Assembly (NCBI GenBank): GCA_977020255.1
Contig: CDROCS010004439.1
Location: forward strand, 1 to 59,213
Origin: Obrimoposthia wandeli
Lineage: Eukaryota
Reading direction: 5' to 3'
DNA: 59,213 nt
Below the pieces are notes generated by a model. It was not told where the DNA came from and did no database searches. It saw only the letters and a program-made list of their open reading frames with translations. Each line of letters begins with the position of its first letter. Positions within the stretch are counted from its first letter, which is position 1. The position numbers and the translations under genes were made by a program. Positions 14,850 through 26,750 of the stretch are shown piece after piece.

Positions 14850-15026
14850 TCAACGAAATTATAAATTGGGGCAGTATTAAGCCAACTGGATGAAATGATA
14901 AATGAAAAAGTGATTGCATACGCTTCAAGACATTTGACTTCCATGAGAAAGTATTTCGTGTTACCAGTAAAGAACTTTTATCAGTAAACGAATTTATTAT
15001 GCATTTCAAACAATATTTAAATGGAA
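14850..15026 (+). pseudogene. Gypsy RNase H fragment
   Basis: GAVLSQLDE..EKVIAYASRHL..HE..ELL..HFKQYLNG. Confidence 0.7.
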
Positions 15027-16125
15027 CAGATGTGTAAATTTTAGAAACCAAATTACACAAATAAATTTTAGGACTTCATTATTTCGTCATTTATTTTAAT
15101 TTGTATTATCTGAAAATAAAATTATTTTACAAACCTTTATTTATTAGATCAATAAAATAAATTTTAAAAATATCAAAATATTTTAGAACCTATAGTCATT
15201 TGATATATATTTTTGCAATAATATTATAAAATAGAAATATACTAAAAATGTTAAAAATATTTAATAAAATTTAATATTTATTTTTGATTGAAGTTAACAA
15301 TAATTTGATTTTAAATTATAAAAATAATAATTTTAATTAAATCACATACAAATTAATGTTTATGACCTTAAATATTTCATAAAAGTTGATGTAAAAATTC
15401 ATTGTTGATAGCGTAGAAATAGTATATGTGCCAAAAATTGTGTTCAAGATTTGAGTAAAAAGTTAAACAATGTAAGAAACATGTGCATTTATTTTTATTT
15501 TTTAATATAATTTGTAAATATCAGTCTGATTGTGAAAATACGTAATCACTAATAAAATCATAACATCAATTTTTATAATGTCAGATGTGTAAATTTTAGA
15601 AATTAAGCAAAATAAATTTAGGACTTCATTATTTCGTCATTTATTTTTTGAATTTGTATTATCTGAAAATAAAATTATTTTACAAACCTTTATTTATTAG
15701 ATCAATAAAATAAATTTTAAAATATCAAAATATTTAGAACCTATAGTCATTTGATATATATTTTTGCAATATATTAAAAATAGAAATATATAAAAATATG
15801 TTAAAATATTTAATAAAATTTAATATTTATTTTTTGATTGAAGTTAACAATAATTTGATTTTAAATTATAAAAATAATAATTTTAATTAAATCACATACA
15901 AATTAATGTTTATGACCTTAAATATTTCATAAAAGTTGATGTAAAAATTCATTGTTGATAGCGTAGAAATAGTATATGTGCCAAAAATTAAACAAGATTT
16001 GAGTAAAGAGTTAAACAATGTGCATTTATTTTATTTTTTTAATTTTATACTTTGTAAATATCAGTCTGATTGTGAAAAATACGTAATCACTAATAAAATC
16101 ATAACATCAATTTTTTATAATGTCA
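15027..16125. repeat. Tandem duplication, 2 x about 555 bp, AT-rich
   Basis: CAGATGTGTAAATTTTAGA starts at 15027 and 15582, and the downstream sequences are colinear with small indels. Confidence 0.9.
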
Positions 16126-16734
16126 CATTAAATTTAAACATCGAAGCAAAATAAACCGTTTACTAAAAATTATGCAATAATCTTTGTTTATATATATAAA
16201 TTATCTGTATACATAAAAAATTATTAAAGTATATACAAAAATGTCACCAGGAATACTTTATATTGAAAAGAAGAAACTGATGAAAAATGTATGCTCAATC
16301 ATATATTCATTAGATGTATTTGAACTCATTACTACTTGTATTTATATTTTAACTGATATACATTAACTGTATTAACCATTTTTAAGATACTTTTGAAAAT
16401 TGTGACTACTCCAAAAAATGTTTTTTGGTGTATAATTTAAACTGCTGTTTGTGTTAGCTCATATCTTTTTCGTTTCTTCATTTATTATATATTACAATTA
16501 GCTAGAAAGCTATTATTTGCTACAATTTGCTGAAAAGCTATTTTATGAAAACTATTGTTTATTAGTCTTCTGATAGTTATTGTTTGCCACAATTTACTAA
16601 TTCTTAAAAAACTACAATTAACTGAAAATAATTCATATTGCCATTTTATGAAAAATTATAATTTGAAAAATTTGTTACTTTTATGATTTTCTATTAATTA
16701 GAATTACACCTTAATCAGAACATCCAGATAACAA

Positions 16735-16967
16735 CGAGTTCCACTTTTGAGAACAATATGGATATCTAAAAATGAAACTACAGATGGGGACGATGTCGGT
16801 ATGTGTATAGATCAATCAATGTATCTTCCAGTTGCTCTCCTTTCTATAAATAATATTGAAGTAAATATTAAAATGATTCCGGACAACTAATAGATTTCAC
16901 ATACGGGGCCAAGACAAGTTTAACAATACATTTAAGAAAACAAAATGGCGAATCCGGCAATAATTGA
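16735..16967 (+). pseudogene. Maverick penton (minor capsid) C-terminus, copy 1
   Basis: VPLLRTIW...QSMYLPVALLSINNIEVNI.NDSGQLIDFTYGAKTSLTIHLRK, with one frameshift. Confidence 0.75.
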
Positions 16968-17322
16968 AGCTTATAGACAAAGTCAACAAGGTGGAGAATT
17001 ACCATATTTTGTTGGTAAACAATATGGATCTGGCTGGCTTAGAACATTAGGTAGATTTGCCTTTCATCTTTTAAAGAGACTCGGGCGGTTTATATCAAAA
17101 TTAGGAAAGGACTACCTTTCATCTAAGGACAATAAACTAATACCAACTTTTAAGAAGCATGCGCTTGATGAACTTGATAATGTTTTACCTGAAGTTGCTA
17201 ATTTGATAAGAAAAGGTAAATCAAATAAACACCAAGCAGGTCGTGGATTTAAACGTAAAAATAAGCAAAAAAATAATATAAACAAACGTAAGAAAGTTGA
17301 AGGAACAATATTTGCAAAATGA
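16945..17322 (+). CDS. Maverick basic core protein (pX/pVII-like), copy 1
   Basis: Intact 125-aa ORF with QGGELPYFVG.QYGSG at the N-terminus, QAGRG, and a Lys/Arg-rich tail ending GTIFAK. It sits between penton and hexon, and its stop overlaps the hexon ATG (ATGA). Confidence 0.75.
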   Translation: MANPAIIEAYRQSQQGGELPYFVGKQYGSGWLRTLGRFAFHLLKRLGRFISKLGKDYLSSKDNKLIPTFKKHALDELDNVLPEVANLIRKGKSNKHQAGRGFKRKNKQKNNINKRKKVEGTIFAK

Positions 17323-17909
17323 GTTGCACCAAAACCGAATTGTGTATTTTTGATAAACCACTTCCACAAGTAGTTGTAGATAATGCTTCCTTTGAAGAAA
17401 TATTTCTAGTTAACTCAGTTTCAGGAACCACTTTAACCGATTTAGAATTTAATATTAATGGTTCCAATAGCGAGTATTTAGATTTGAATGATACTTTGCC
17501 TTATGTTCAAATAAAAGTATTAAATCGGGATGGTACTAATTTAGAGGAAAATGCCGATGTAACACCTGTAAATTATCTCTTTAATTCTTTATTTAGTGAT
17601 GCCATTGTTACTCTTAATAATGTCAAAATTGAAGGTGGAAATTCTTCCTATGCTCATAAAGCTTTGATTGAAGGTCTTTTGAATTATAGTACTGATACTC
17701 AAAATACTAATTTGGCAACAATTGGTTATGATAAAACGGCTGCAACTCGCAAAGAATGGATTGGAGGTTCTAAAGCTTACGAAATGTGTGGGTCTTTGAG
17801 ATTGAATTTATTTGAACAACCGAAATATTTAATTCCCGGTGTTAATGTACATCTTCGTTTGAAGCGTAAGAAATGGATTTTTTCTTTGATAAGCACAGAC
17901 GTTCTAAAA
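17319..17909 (+). pseudogene. Maverick hexon (double jelly-roll major capsid) N-terminal part, cut by hAT
   Basis: MSCTKTELCIF..LEFNINGSNSEYLDLNDT..VQIKV..NSLFSD..LIPGVNVHLRLKR matches the Polinton MCP pattern. The frame runs into the hAT TIR at 17910. Confidence 0.85.
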
Positions 17910-20173
17910 CAGTGGTTCTCAAACATTTTTTACTCGCGGCCCCTTTCAAAACGTTCAACCCACCCGCGGCTCCCTGCGAACAAACACTTATAAAACTTGT
18001 TGCGTAACATTATATTAAAAATACAGTAAGACTATTAATGAGAGGGATGGTGCTGCATTTTCGACGCGAGTTCACTGATATTGGGCTTGGTTGTTGATAA
18101 AACACATCGGAGATCGGATTCCACTAGTAATCGATTACGAGATTTCGTTTTCAAGGTTAAAAGGGAAGAAAATCCAGATTCGCATTCGTAAGTGGTGCTG
18201 AAGGGTAAAATTATGCGCAAGGCAATATCGCCAAGAATGGGATACTTTGCAGCCATTTTGATCCAGAAATGGTGAAGGGACAAATCATCGAATGGCAGTT
18301 TATTATATGACTCACTGACCATGTCTATGAACTGTTCTTGGGATTTAAGAGTGCAGTTTGGTACATCTTCTACCTCACAACCAAAAGGATTTTTAACAAA
18401 TTTGTGCAAATTTTCCGTGAACAAGTTTATAGGAAAATAATGATTGAAGTTATCGAAAAGTGATTGCATATGGATTCTCATGTTTTGTTTTGACATTTTC
18501 ATCCACAATGACATTCTTCTGTTTCAGAAATGATGCAGTTGTAGGAAACATGGCATAAGAATTTCGTGCAACCTCAGATGTTCATAACTTCAATTTGAGA
18601 CTGAATGCTTTTACCTTGTCTGAAGCGTCAATAATGGTCATTTGCTTGCCTTGTAACAAGAGATTTAGATCATTTATGTGGTTAAATATATCAACTAAAT
18701 AAGCCAGATATAATACCCATTTGTTGTCATCGGCTATTGCTGCCCATTCATATTTCTTTTTCTTTTCGAAAAACTCCGCAATCTCTTCCCTCAAACTGTA
18801 GACACGCTGTAAGACTTTTCCTCTGGACAACCACGGGACGTGTGAATAATATAATAATCCTTCGTAATCGCTTCCCATTTCAACACATAATTTTTGAAAA
18901 ATACGACTGTTTAATGCCAAATTTTTTATGTTGTTCACCATTTTAATGACATCATTCATCATTGATAACATCGGGGCCGGCATTGTCTTTGATGCTAGCA
19001 CTTGCCTGTGAAACATATAAAAATTAAATAAAATAGCACTTGCCTGTGAATCATACAATGGGTGTGAATAACATTCGGAGATATTTCCTTAACTTTCTGT
19101 TGAAATCCGGACTTTATACCAAACATGCTGGGAGCTCCATCTGTACATATTCCGCATAGATTTTCCCAATTAATGCCGATAACTTCGAAGAATACGTTGA
19201 CTTTGTTGAATATATCTTGTGCCGTAGTCGTAGACTCTAGTTCGCTGCAGAACAAGAACTCATCCTTGATTTCCGAATTACAAACATAACGAGCGTAAAC
19301 GAGTAGCTGTGCACAATCTGCAACATCAGTGGTCTCGTCTAACTGAATCGCAAACAATCCACATGTCGACATTTTGAGCTGGTCAATCACTTGTTCCTCA
19401 ATATTATTGGACATACTCTGAATACGGCGGTGGACAGTATAGTTGGATAGTGATAATATCTCAAGTTTCTTTGCACTGGCAGCACCAAGGATGGATGACA
19501 CAATATCAATACAGGCTGGGAGTAAGAGATTTTCGCCAATGTTGTGCGGCTTCTTAGCTTGGGCAATACGATATTACACTAAAAATGAAGCTTGTACAGC
19601 TGCTTCAGTTTGTTTCACAAAAGCCCCTGTCGAATCTAATCTAGCTTGTTTAGTAGAAACTTCTTTGCTTTTAAAAAAATCCACAGGCTTGTTTGCATAT
19701 GCAGGATGCTTTGATTTTAGATGGCGTATCATCTTGCTAGGCTTCAGTACTTCGGCTTATAAAACTTCTTGGCATAAAATGCATTGTGATTTTTCAACAT
19801 TCGACGATATAATCTTGGTAAATTCATATGCGATATATGTATCATCGTATTTACGCTTCTGAGATGCATTTGTTGATGGCATGATATTAAGATTTTGAAA
19901 ATTTAAAAATAGGAGTATTTAAACATTTTGTAAATTGAAATATTCAAACAATCAATTATATTAGTTTCTATTATAATACATAATGTTTTAACTACAATAT
20001 TTTATTTAAAAAAATAACTTAATACACAGTCAATAAAAAGATATTTATACTTTAATTATTAGATAGTACCTAAAATGAAGACCGTACTATATACCGGTAT
20101 ACAAATTTCTGCACTTTCGATATATAGCCCACCCCCACAAAATCCCCTACGGCCCCCAGTTTGAGAAACACTA
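17910..20173 (-). mobile_element. hAT DNA transposon, Buster/Charlie type
   Basis: TIRs CAGTGGTTCTCAAAC (17910) and GTTTGAGAAACACTA (ending 20173). The 8-bp flanks TTCTAAAA and TACTATAG both fit nnnTAnnn but are not identical. Confidence 0.92.
18035..19882 (-). pseudogene. Buster-type hAT transposase with BED zinc finger
   Basis: QCILCQEVL..KPSKMIRHLKSKH, then AIQLDETTD, CTDGAPSM, HCMIHRQ.LASK, and LPFSTTYECESGFS. It has in-frame stops, a 38-nt insertion and a break near 18550. Confidence 0.92.
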
Positions 20174-20175
20174 TA

Positions 20176-20339
20176 CTATAGACCAACCAATGTATATTCA
20201 AGTTGCTCTCTTTTCTATAAACTATATTGAAGTAAATATTAGAAATGATTCCGGACAACTAATACATTTCACGTACGGAGCCAAGACAAGTTTAACAATA
20301 CATTTAAGAAAACAAAATGGCGAATCCGGCAATATTTGA
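20176..20339 (+). pseudogene. Maverick penton C-terminus, copy 2
   Basis: IDQPMYIQVALFSINYIEVNIRNDSGQLIHFTYGAKTSLTIHLRKQNGESGNI*; duplicate of 16805-16967. Confidence 0.75.
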
Positions 20340-20694
20340 AGCTAATAGTCAAAGCCAACAAGGTGGAGAATTACCATATTTTGTTGGTAAACAATATGGA
20401 TCTGGCTGGCTTAGAACATTTGGTAGATTTGCCTTTCCTCGTTTAAAGAGACTCGGGTGATTTGTATCAAAATTAGTAAAGGACTACCTTTCATCTAAGG
20501 ACAATAAACTAATACCAACTTTTAAAAAGCATGCAATTAATGAACTTGATAATGTTTTACCTGACGGTGATAATTTGATTAGAAAGGGTAAATCAAATAA
20601 ACACCAAGCAGGTCGTGGATTTAAACGTAAAAGTAAGCAAAAAAATAATATAAACAAACGTAAGAAAGTTGAAGGAACAATATTTGCAAAATGA
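20317..20694 (+). pseudogene. Maverick core protein, copy 2
   Basis: Same 378-nt length as copy 1, with an internal TGA at 20458-20460. Confidence 0.75.
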
Positions 20695-21810
20695 GTTGCA
20701 CCAAAACCGAATTGTGTATTTTTGATAAACCACTTCCACAAGTAGTTGTAGATAATGCTTCCTTTGAAGAAATATTTCTAGTTAACTCAGTTTCAGGAAC
20801 CACTTTAACCGATTTAGAATTTAATATTAATGGTTCCTATAATGAGTATTTAGATTTAAATGATACTTTGCTTTATGTTCAAATAAAAGTATTAAATCGA
20901 GATGGTAGTAATTTAGAGGAAAATGCCGATGTAACACCTGTAAATTATCTCTTTAATTCTTTATCTAGTGATGCCATTGTTACTCTTAATAATGTCAAAA
21001 TTAAAAGTGGAATTATTCCTATGCTCATAAAGCTTTGATTGAATTATAGTACTGATACTCAAAATACTATTTTGGCAACCATTGGTTATGATAAAACGGC
21101 TGCAACTCGCTAAGAATGGATTGCAAAATCTAAAGCTTACGAAATGTGTGGGTCTATGAGATTAAATTTTTTTTAACAAATGAAATATTTAATTCCCGGT
21201 GTTAATGTACATCTTCGTTTGAAACGTAATAAATGGAATTTTTCTTTGATAAGCACAGACGTTCTAAAACCTAGATTTGATATTTTGGATGCAAAATTAT
21301 ATGTTCGAAGAGTTAAAACCGAGCAATCAGTTTTAATGGCACATAAAATAGGAATGGAAAAAAACAATACTTGTTATCCTATTAGAGAAACTAAACTTAT
21401 AACCTACTCTTTAGGTATGGTACACAAACTTTTAATAAGGATCAAATCTTTGGTCATGTAAAATTACCGAAATTCGTTTTAATTTCTTTTCAAAAAACTG
21501 CAAAGTTTCTAGGAAATTATACGACAGATGTAACTCAATTTGACAATCATAATGTAGGTTCAGTGAAACTTTCAAGAAATACTGATTATCGTGAAACATA
21601 TAAAACATATTTCGAAGGTAACGCTTATGCTTTGGCTTATACGCAATCTATTATTCGGAATTTGGGTCAACTAAATAAAAATATAAACAATGGTATTTCT
21701 TTCATTGAGTTCAAAAGCAGCTGTCCGTTCTTCACATTTGTTTTGGCACCAGACTTTGATATAAACCAATGCCAACTACCAAAGGATGGAAATTTACGAC
21801 TAGAAATCAT
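20691..21810 (+). pseudogene. Maverick hexon, copy 2, near full length
   Basis: ORFs 20691-21038, 21180-21461 and 21563 onward, ending FTFVLAPD..KDGNLRLEI. It has frameshifts, and the C-terminus is deleted into the protease gene. Confidence 0.88.
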
Positions 21811-22101
21811 GCAGAGAAGGTCCTGGGTGATAAATTCAAGGGAGTTTATCCTATTGATATGATTCCATTTTTTCAATCTGAAGGTTACATTATCAATACT
21901 CATACTTCGAATTTACCAGAAGAACATTGGATAGCAATTTATGTTAGAGAGTGGACAATAAATGTATTTGATCCACTTGCAATGTAATATCCACACAAAC
22001 TTGTTTCGACTATTCAAAAAGGACAAAGAAGAGTATTTTACAACAAGATACAATATGAAGATCCTGTGACGAGAAACTGTAGACATTTATGTATTTTATA
22101 G
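21808..22101 (+). pseudogene. Adenain-type cysteine protease
   Basis: FKGVYPID..IINTHTSNLPEEHWIAIY..VFDP*..QYEDPVTRNCRHLC gives the His/Asp/Cys order of adenain. There is one internal stop and the N-terminus is lost. Confidence 0.8.
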
Positions 22102-22368
22102 TAATCGTTGCAAATAATAATAATATAATAATAAATATTTTTAAAAACATGTTTTATTTTGATTTTTTTTTAAATTCCCAAAAAATATAAGGGTAAAATA
22201 ATAAAAGACATAAGATGATTTTTTTTAATACATATCACAACGAGATTTGTCAGCAAAGATAAGGCCCAACCTAAAAAAGTATTGATGTAACAAAAAGTTA
22301 GAGTCAAGGTGCCATTGGGATCTAAAATTTTAAAAAACTAAACAAAAAAGTCAAAAAATGAAAACCGT

Positions 22369-25300
22369 TTAAATTCGGAAGTGTCCATAAGCCAGGCTAG
22401 CGTTATTTTCTACCCAAAAGCGCTTGTCGTCATTACTACTCAAAGCGATTTTGGTTGATTTATGGGAATACAGTTGATGGGCTCTTGAAATAAATCTAGT
22501 TTGCTCAACGCTTTCAATACACCCAGTATCATAAACTTTCCGGTAGGCCTCATGTGTAAGATTGTTTCTTCCCACACCCTTTGCTCTCATTGAACATGTA
22601 TTATTAGATGCATGTAAACTGTAGCATTTAGGGCGTAGGAAAATACAATCATCATACGAAACCTGTCCCTCGCTTTCATCCTTAAATTTCCCGATAATGT
22701 CCTTTAAACTCATAGAGTGTAGAGGATGGTTAGCGGGATATTTACGGGTATCTAAAGTTGTCCTAAACATTGCTGGTAATAATTGATTATTTAAACTAAC
22801 ATTCCTACATTCTAAAAAGAAAGAGTCAGTGTCCCCAGCTGCGATTTTAATCTCACAATTAAATTCTTGTCGGTATTTCTCCAATTCTATGTATTGAAGC
22901 TCATACATTCTGAGTTTAGAAATGTCTAAAACCGTTTGACCTATATAACTCGGTTGATCGAGACAAATACTCTGTTTTCCTAATAACACTGCTACCAAGT
23001 CATCTGCAATTGTAAAACTACGATTGAAGTTGTACTTGCTAGTATATGTTATTAGTTTACGCTCATCATTGCAAAACCGTAGACAAATACGTTTCCGCAA
23101 GTCCTCTACAGTTTTTCCAAAGAGACTATTACTTTTTAACTTGTAAAAATCTCGATCGAATTTGCTAGTGGCCAAATTACGTTTTCTTGAATTCTTCTCA
23201 ATATAGTCTTTAAACACAAAGTTTTGACTGAAGCTTATAGCACGATGAATTCGAGTAACTTTCGCTCCCAACTTTAAGTAGAATTGAAGAAGCCGCCAAT
23301 GCACAACATAATTCAACTTGTCTTCATGGGTTAACAATAATTTCTTAACCTTTGAATTAGGTGGGCATTGATGAACAGGCGCTACTGGAAGATCATCTAA
23401 TTTATCATGCACATTGGGAGGGATTTTTATGTCCACCTCAACCAAATAGCCGACGTCGGATGAAACTGTATCAACAGTAGCCAAATCTGTCATCAACTTA
23501 TTCAACTGATCCACATCATAAACCCACTTAAAGTTGGCATGAGGTAGAAGTTGAGTGAGCGCCCACTTATACAAATTATTAATATCGATGTACAGAATCT
23601 TCGTGGATTGATTTTTGACAACATGATGTTTGTTGACAAAAGTAATTCCACCGCGTATACCATAATCATACATTTGATACATCGCGGGATCTTGCAGTAA
23701 CTCGATATTAATTTTAAGAGTTTTTATTGCTGTTGCCCATGAAAGACCAGGTAAACTAAAGAAATGCATGGGATCTAGCCCATCTTCTGCTAAAGACTTT
23801 ACACGAAAGGACTCAAAAACATCAGCTAAAAGATAAATGTCTAACTTCATATAATAAAGCATATATTCGAGAAGATTTTGACAATTATTCACCCAAAATG
23901 TACGGGCCTCATTATAGTCTTGAAGACTTACACCCTCAAATTCAGTTATGGGTGGGATTTCAGTTGTATTTTCTAAATCTGTGAAAGTTTTCGCAAATTT
24001 ATACGGAAAAATCCCCTTATCGTTAACCGAAGCTGGGAACACTGACTGTAATTGGCCATGCATTTAAAGATGCCGTTAAAGTTTTTAAAGACCCGCTCAA
24101 AAACTGTAGAGAATCTATGAATCTTAAACTGCAGAATTCAGTATATGCAGTTAAAGATAAATATTTATCTGAAGTTTGAGGTATACATGAAATTTCCCAA
24201 GAGCTTAATGTACCCAACGTATATTTAAGTATATGATGCAAATCATATCCCTTGAGATTATGAAAAACGATGGGAATGCGTGGTTTTTTAGGGAGACGAC
24301 GGCCAAGGTTACAAAGGTTGCACGCCGCTCCCAAGTATCGCCCCGTAACATGATCGTAATCTCTGACTAACTTAGACTGGGTTCCACACAAATAACATAA
24401 TCTACAAGAATTAAAATTAACCCAGTCTTTACCTGTCATGATCATTGCTTGATGAGCATTAAGATCATACCACGGTTTAACAATTGTTGTTCCTAATTCT
24501 TCTAATTTTAACATAAAATCTAAAATACAATTTGGACAGGGAAATGTATGATACTGTGTAATATTGGGGTCTAAGAATAGTAGTCCTGCCGAAGCCGGTA
24601 GGTGAATACTCTCATACTGGTCGTGCAATGCTAAAATTGACTCAAAATCTGCATACACCCTGAATTCCACGGGTATGCATTTTGCCCAATCCCTGAATTT
24701 TAAATCCTTATCCTTAGGCGTGCTATATAGCGTATTGTCATCAGGATTTGGTGAACATAATGTCAGATGTTTAATGTAAGAGAGCTCGGATTGGAATCCA
24801 TGCAAACATCTATGACACCACTTACACCTTATACTAACCGGTAAGGCTCCATTATCTAAATTTAGAAGACGATCTAAATTTGGAATTGCAGCATAATGGA
24901 ATTTTTTGTTATGTCGAGCAAAATTAAGTTTACCTGAGTCCTCTCATTTTTGCTTCTATAAATTACATCTACAAAAGGATTTAAAAAAATTTATTCATCT
25001 GTTAAATTAACTGGGATATCAGTATTATATTTGAATACATTAATACTCAAGTTATTAAGGTGCTAAAATCTTGATATCGCAGTTAATTTAAATGGAAAAT
25101 CTATTCCATGATAATGCAATTCATTTAAAAAAGGGGTATATTTACTGACACGCTCTCTATGCTCAGTAATTATATCCCTTTTGAGGATGACCAACACGCT
25201 ATACAGAAAGCAAAGGTTATCACTGTTTTGTATGTTAACAATGGAACGTGAAAGTTGAAGAGATCTAGGTGAAGGAATGTATGAACTCCCCAAAAGATAT

Positions 25301-25960
25301 ATCATGTCAGTGAACTTTGTTAGAACAAAGCTAACATCGTGAATTCTAACTAGAGTCCATGCACTACTTAACTCGCTATAATTAGCAATTTTTTCATCTA
25401 GGTTTCTTCCAATTTTAGTTACAAAATTATCATAGAAAACAGTTGCTTTATGTGAAATTACCCAAGTTTTAGTCTCTTCATTGACATTTTAAAACTGCAC
25501 TGTTGCGCAAAATTGAACCTTAGCCTGTCCTAATTTAGTCATTTCTGATTTTAAAAGACTTTCAATATTTGAATCTACACCTACGTTTAATAAAATTTCA
25601 TTTCCTAATGGCACCTTAACTATAACATATTTATTATTTATGTGATACTCTATAGTAGCACCGTATTTTCTACGTTTTTTGGGTGGGACCTTATTAAGAA
25701 ATTGGCCTCGCCTCTTTCTTCCCACAGTTGCGGACAAACCTCCCTCTAATTGAACGGAAAGATAACTATTTATATTAACAGTTGAGGCAATCGCATCTGA
25801 GGTGGAAGGTGCTGCTATTGGTGTTGCTGCCGATGTTGAGGCATTCGCAGCTGATGTAGACGATGCTGCTGTAGTAAATGCTACCGCAGATGATGATACA
25901 GTAGATGCTGCATTTGAAGTTGGAGTAGATGAGTATATAAATATTTTAATTTTTTTTTAT
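22369..25960 (-). pseudogene. polB: Protein-primed family B DNA polymerase (pPolB) with EndoVII-like insertion
   Basis: GSSYIP..IVNIQNSDNLCF, VYADFES, DYDHVTGRYLGAACNLCN, FHNLKGYD, RFIDSLQF, GIRGG, YIDINNLY, KLKSNSLFGK, AGDTDS, GKFKDE, LRPKCY. Several frameshifts and stops; the longest intact part is 22369-24063. Confidence 0.95.
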
Positions 25961-26310
25961 TTCGTCAATTAAAAGGATTATTTGTAATTGGATGAAAATT
26001 TTGTAAATTATGAATTTCTCCAATTAGAAGAATTGTTTATCTACATGTCAAGTAATAATAAGATAGACTTAAACATTTTTTATATGCGCAATGGTCACCA
26101 TGATCACGATATGGACAGCAAATATTTCGTGGAATTTTTAATAGATGATCACGTGAAATATTTAAAGTATTCAATCTCAAATTTGGAAAATATTTTTTTA
26201 AAGACTTATACTTTTTGCCATCCATTTCATCTAAAACATAAAAAATTCCATTTTCAATATCAAAATTAGATTTTATTGTATTGAAAATACATATTTCACA
26301 AAAAGCCTTA

Positions 26311-26727
26311 TGTAGTGAATTCATGTTTTGTAGTTACTTAATTACCTAAAGTAATTGGTTGCATAATTATTCAATAAAATTGTATAATTACGCAACAAAC
26401 AAACTGTTTTATTTTATTTCGTTTTTAATTAATTTTGAAAACAAAATGGAGTAAAAGGGTTTGTTTTAATTTTTATATTTATTTTAATTTATTAATTTTG
26501 AATTACATGATGAATCTCTCAAATACAACATGGTCAGCTGCAACAACGACTTCTCAAGCTAATCCGGCAGCATGGTCTATTTCTGCCAATGAACTATATT
26601 ACAATTATTACCAAACTATATCTCCAGCAGTTACCACTATTTCAACTACTACTCAAACTCAAACTCAAACTGTGGAATTTAATCAAGACATAATATCATA
26701 TATAATTAAATATATGCTTACACTACA
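26311..26727 (+). repeat. 5' LTR (417 bp)
   Basis: TG...CA with a 7-bp terminal inverted repeat, followed by PBS-like TTGATGTCAGAAG. It has about 82 extra bp relative to the 3' LTR. Confidence 0.95.
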
Positions 26728-26750
26728 TTGATGTCAGAAGAAAAAAAAGC

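Noticed and set aside
19443-19862. 139-aa plus-strand ORF
   Set aside because: It is antisense to the hAT transposase BED-finger region.
25988-26269. 93-aa plus-strand ORF
   Set aside because: It is the antisense shadow of the minus-strand DEDD-like gene, which is supported by the in-frame join across the Gypsy TSD.
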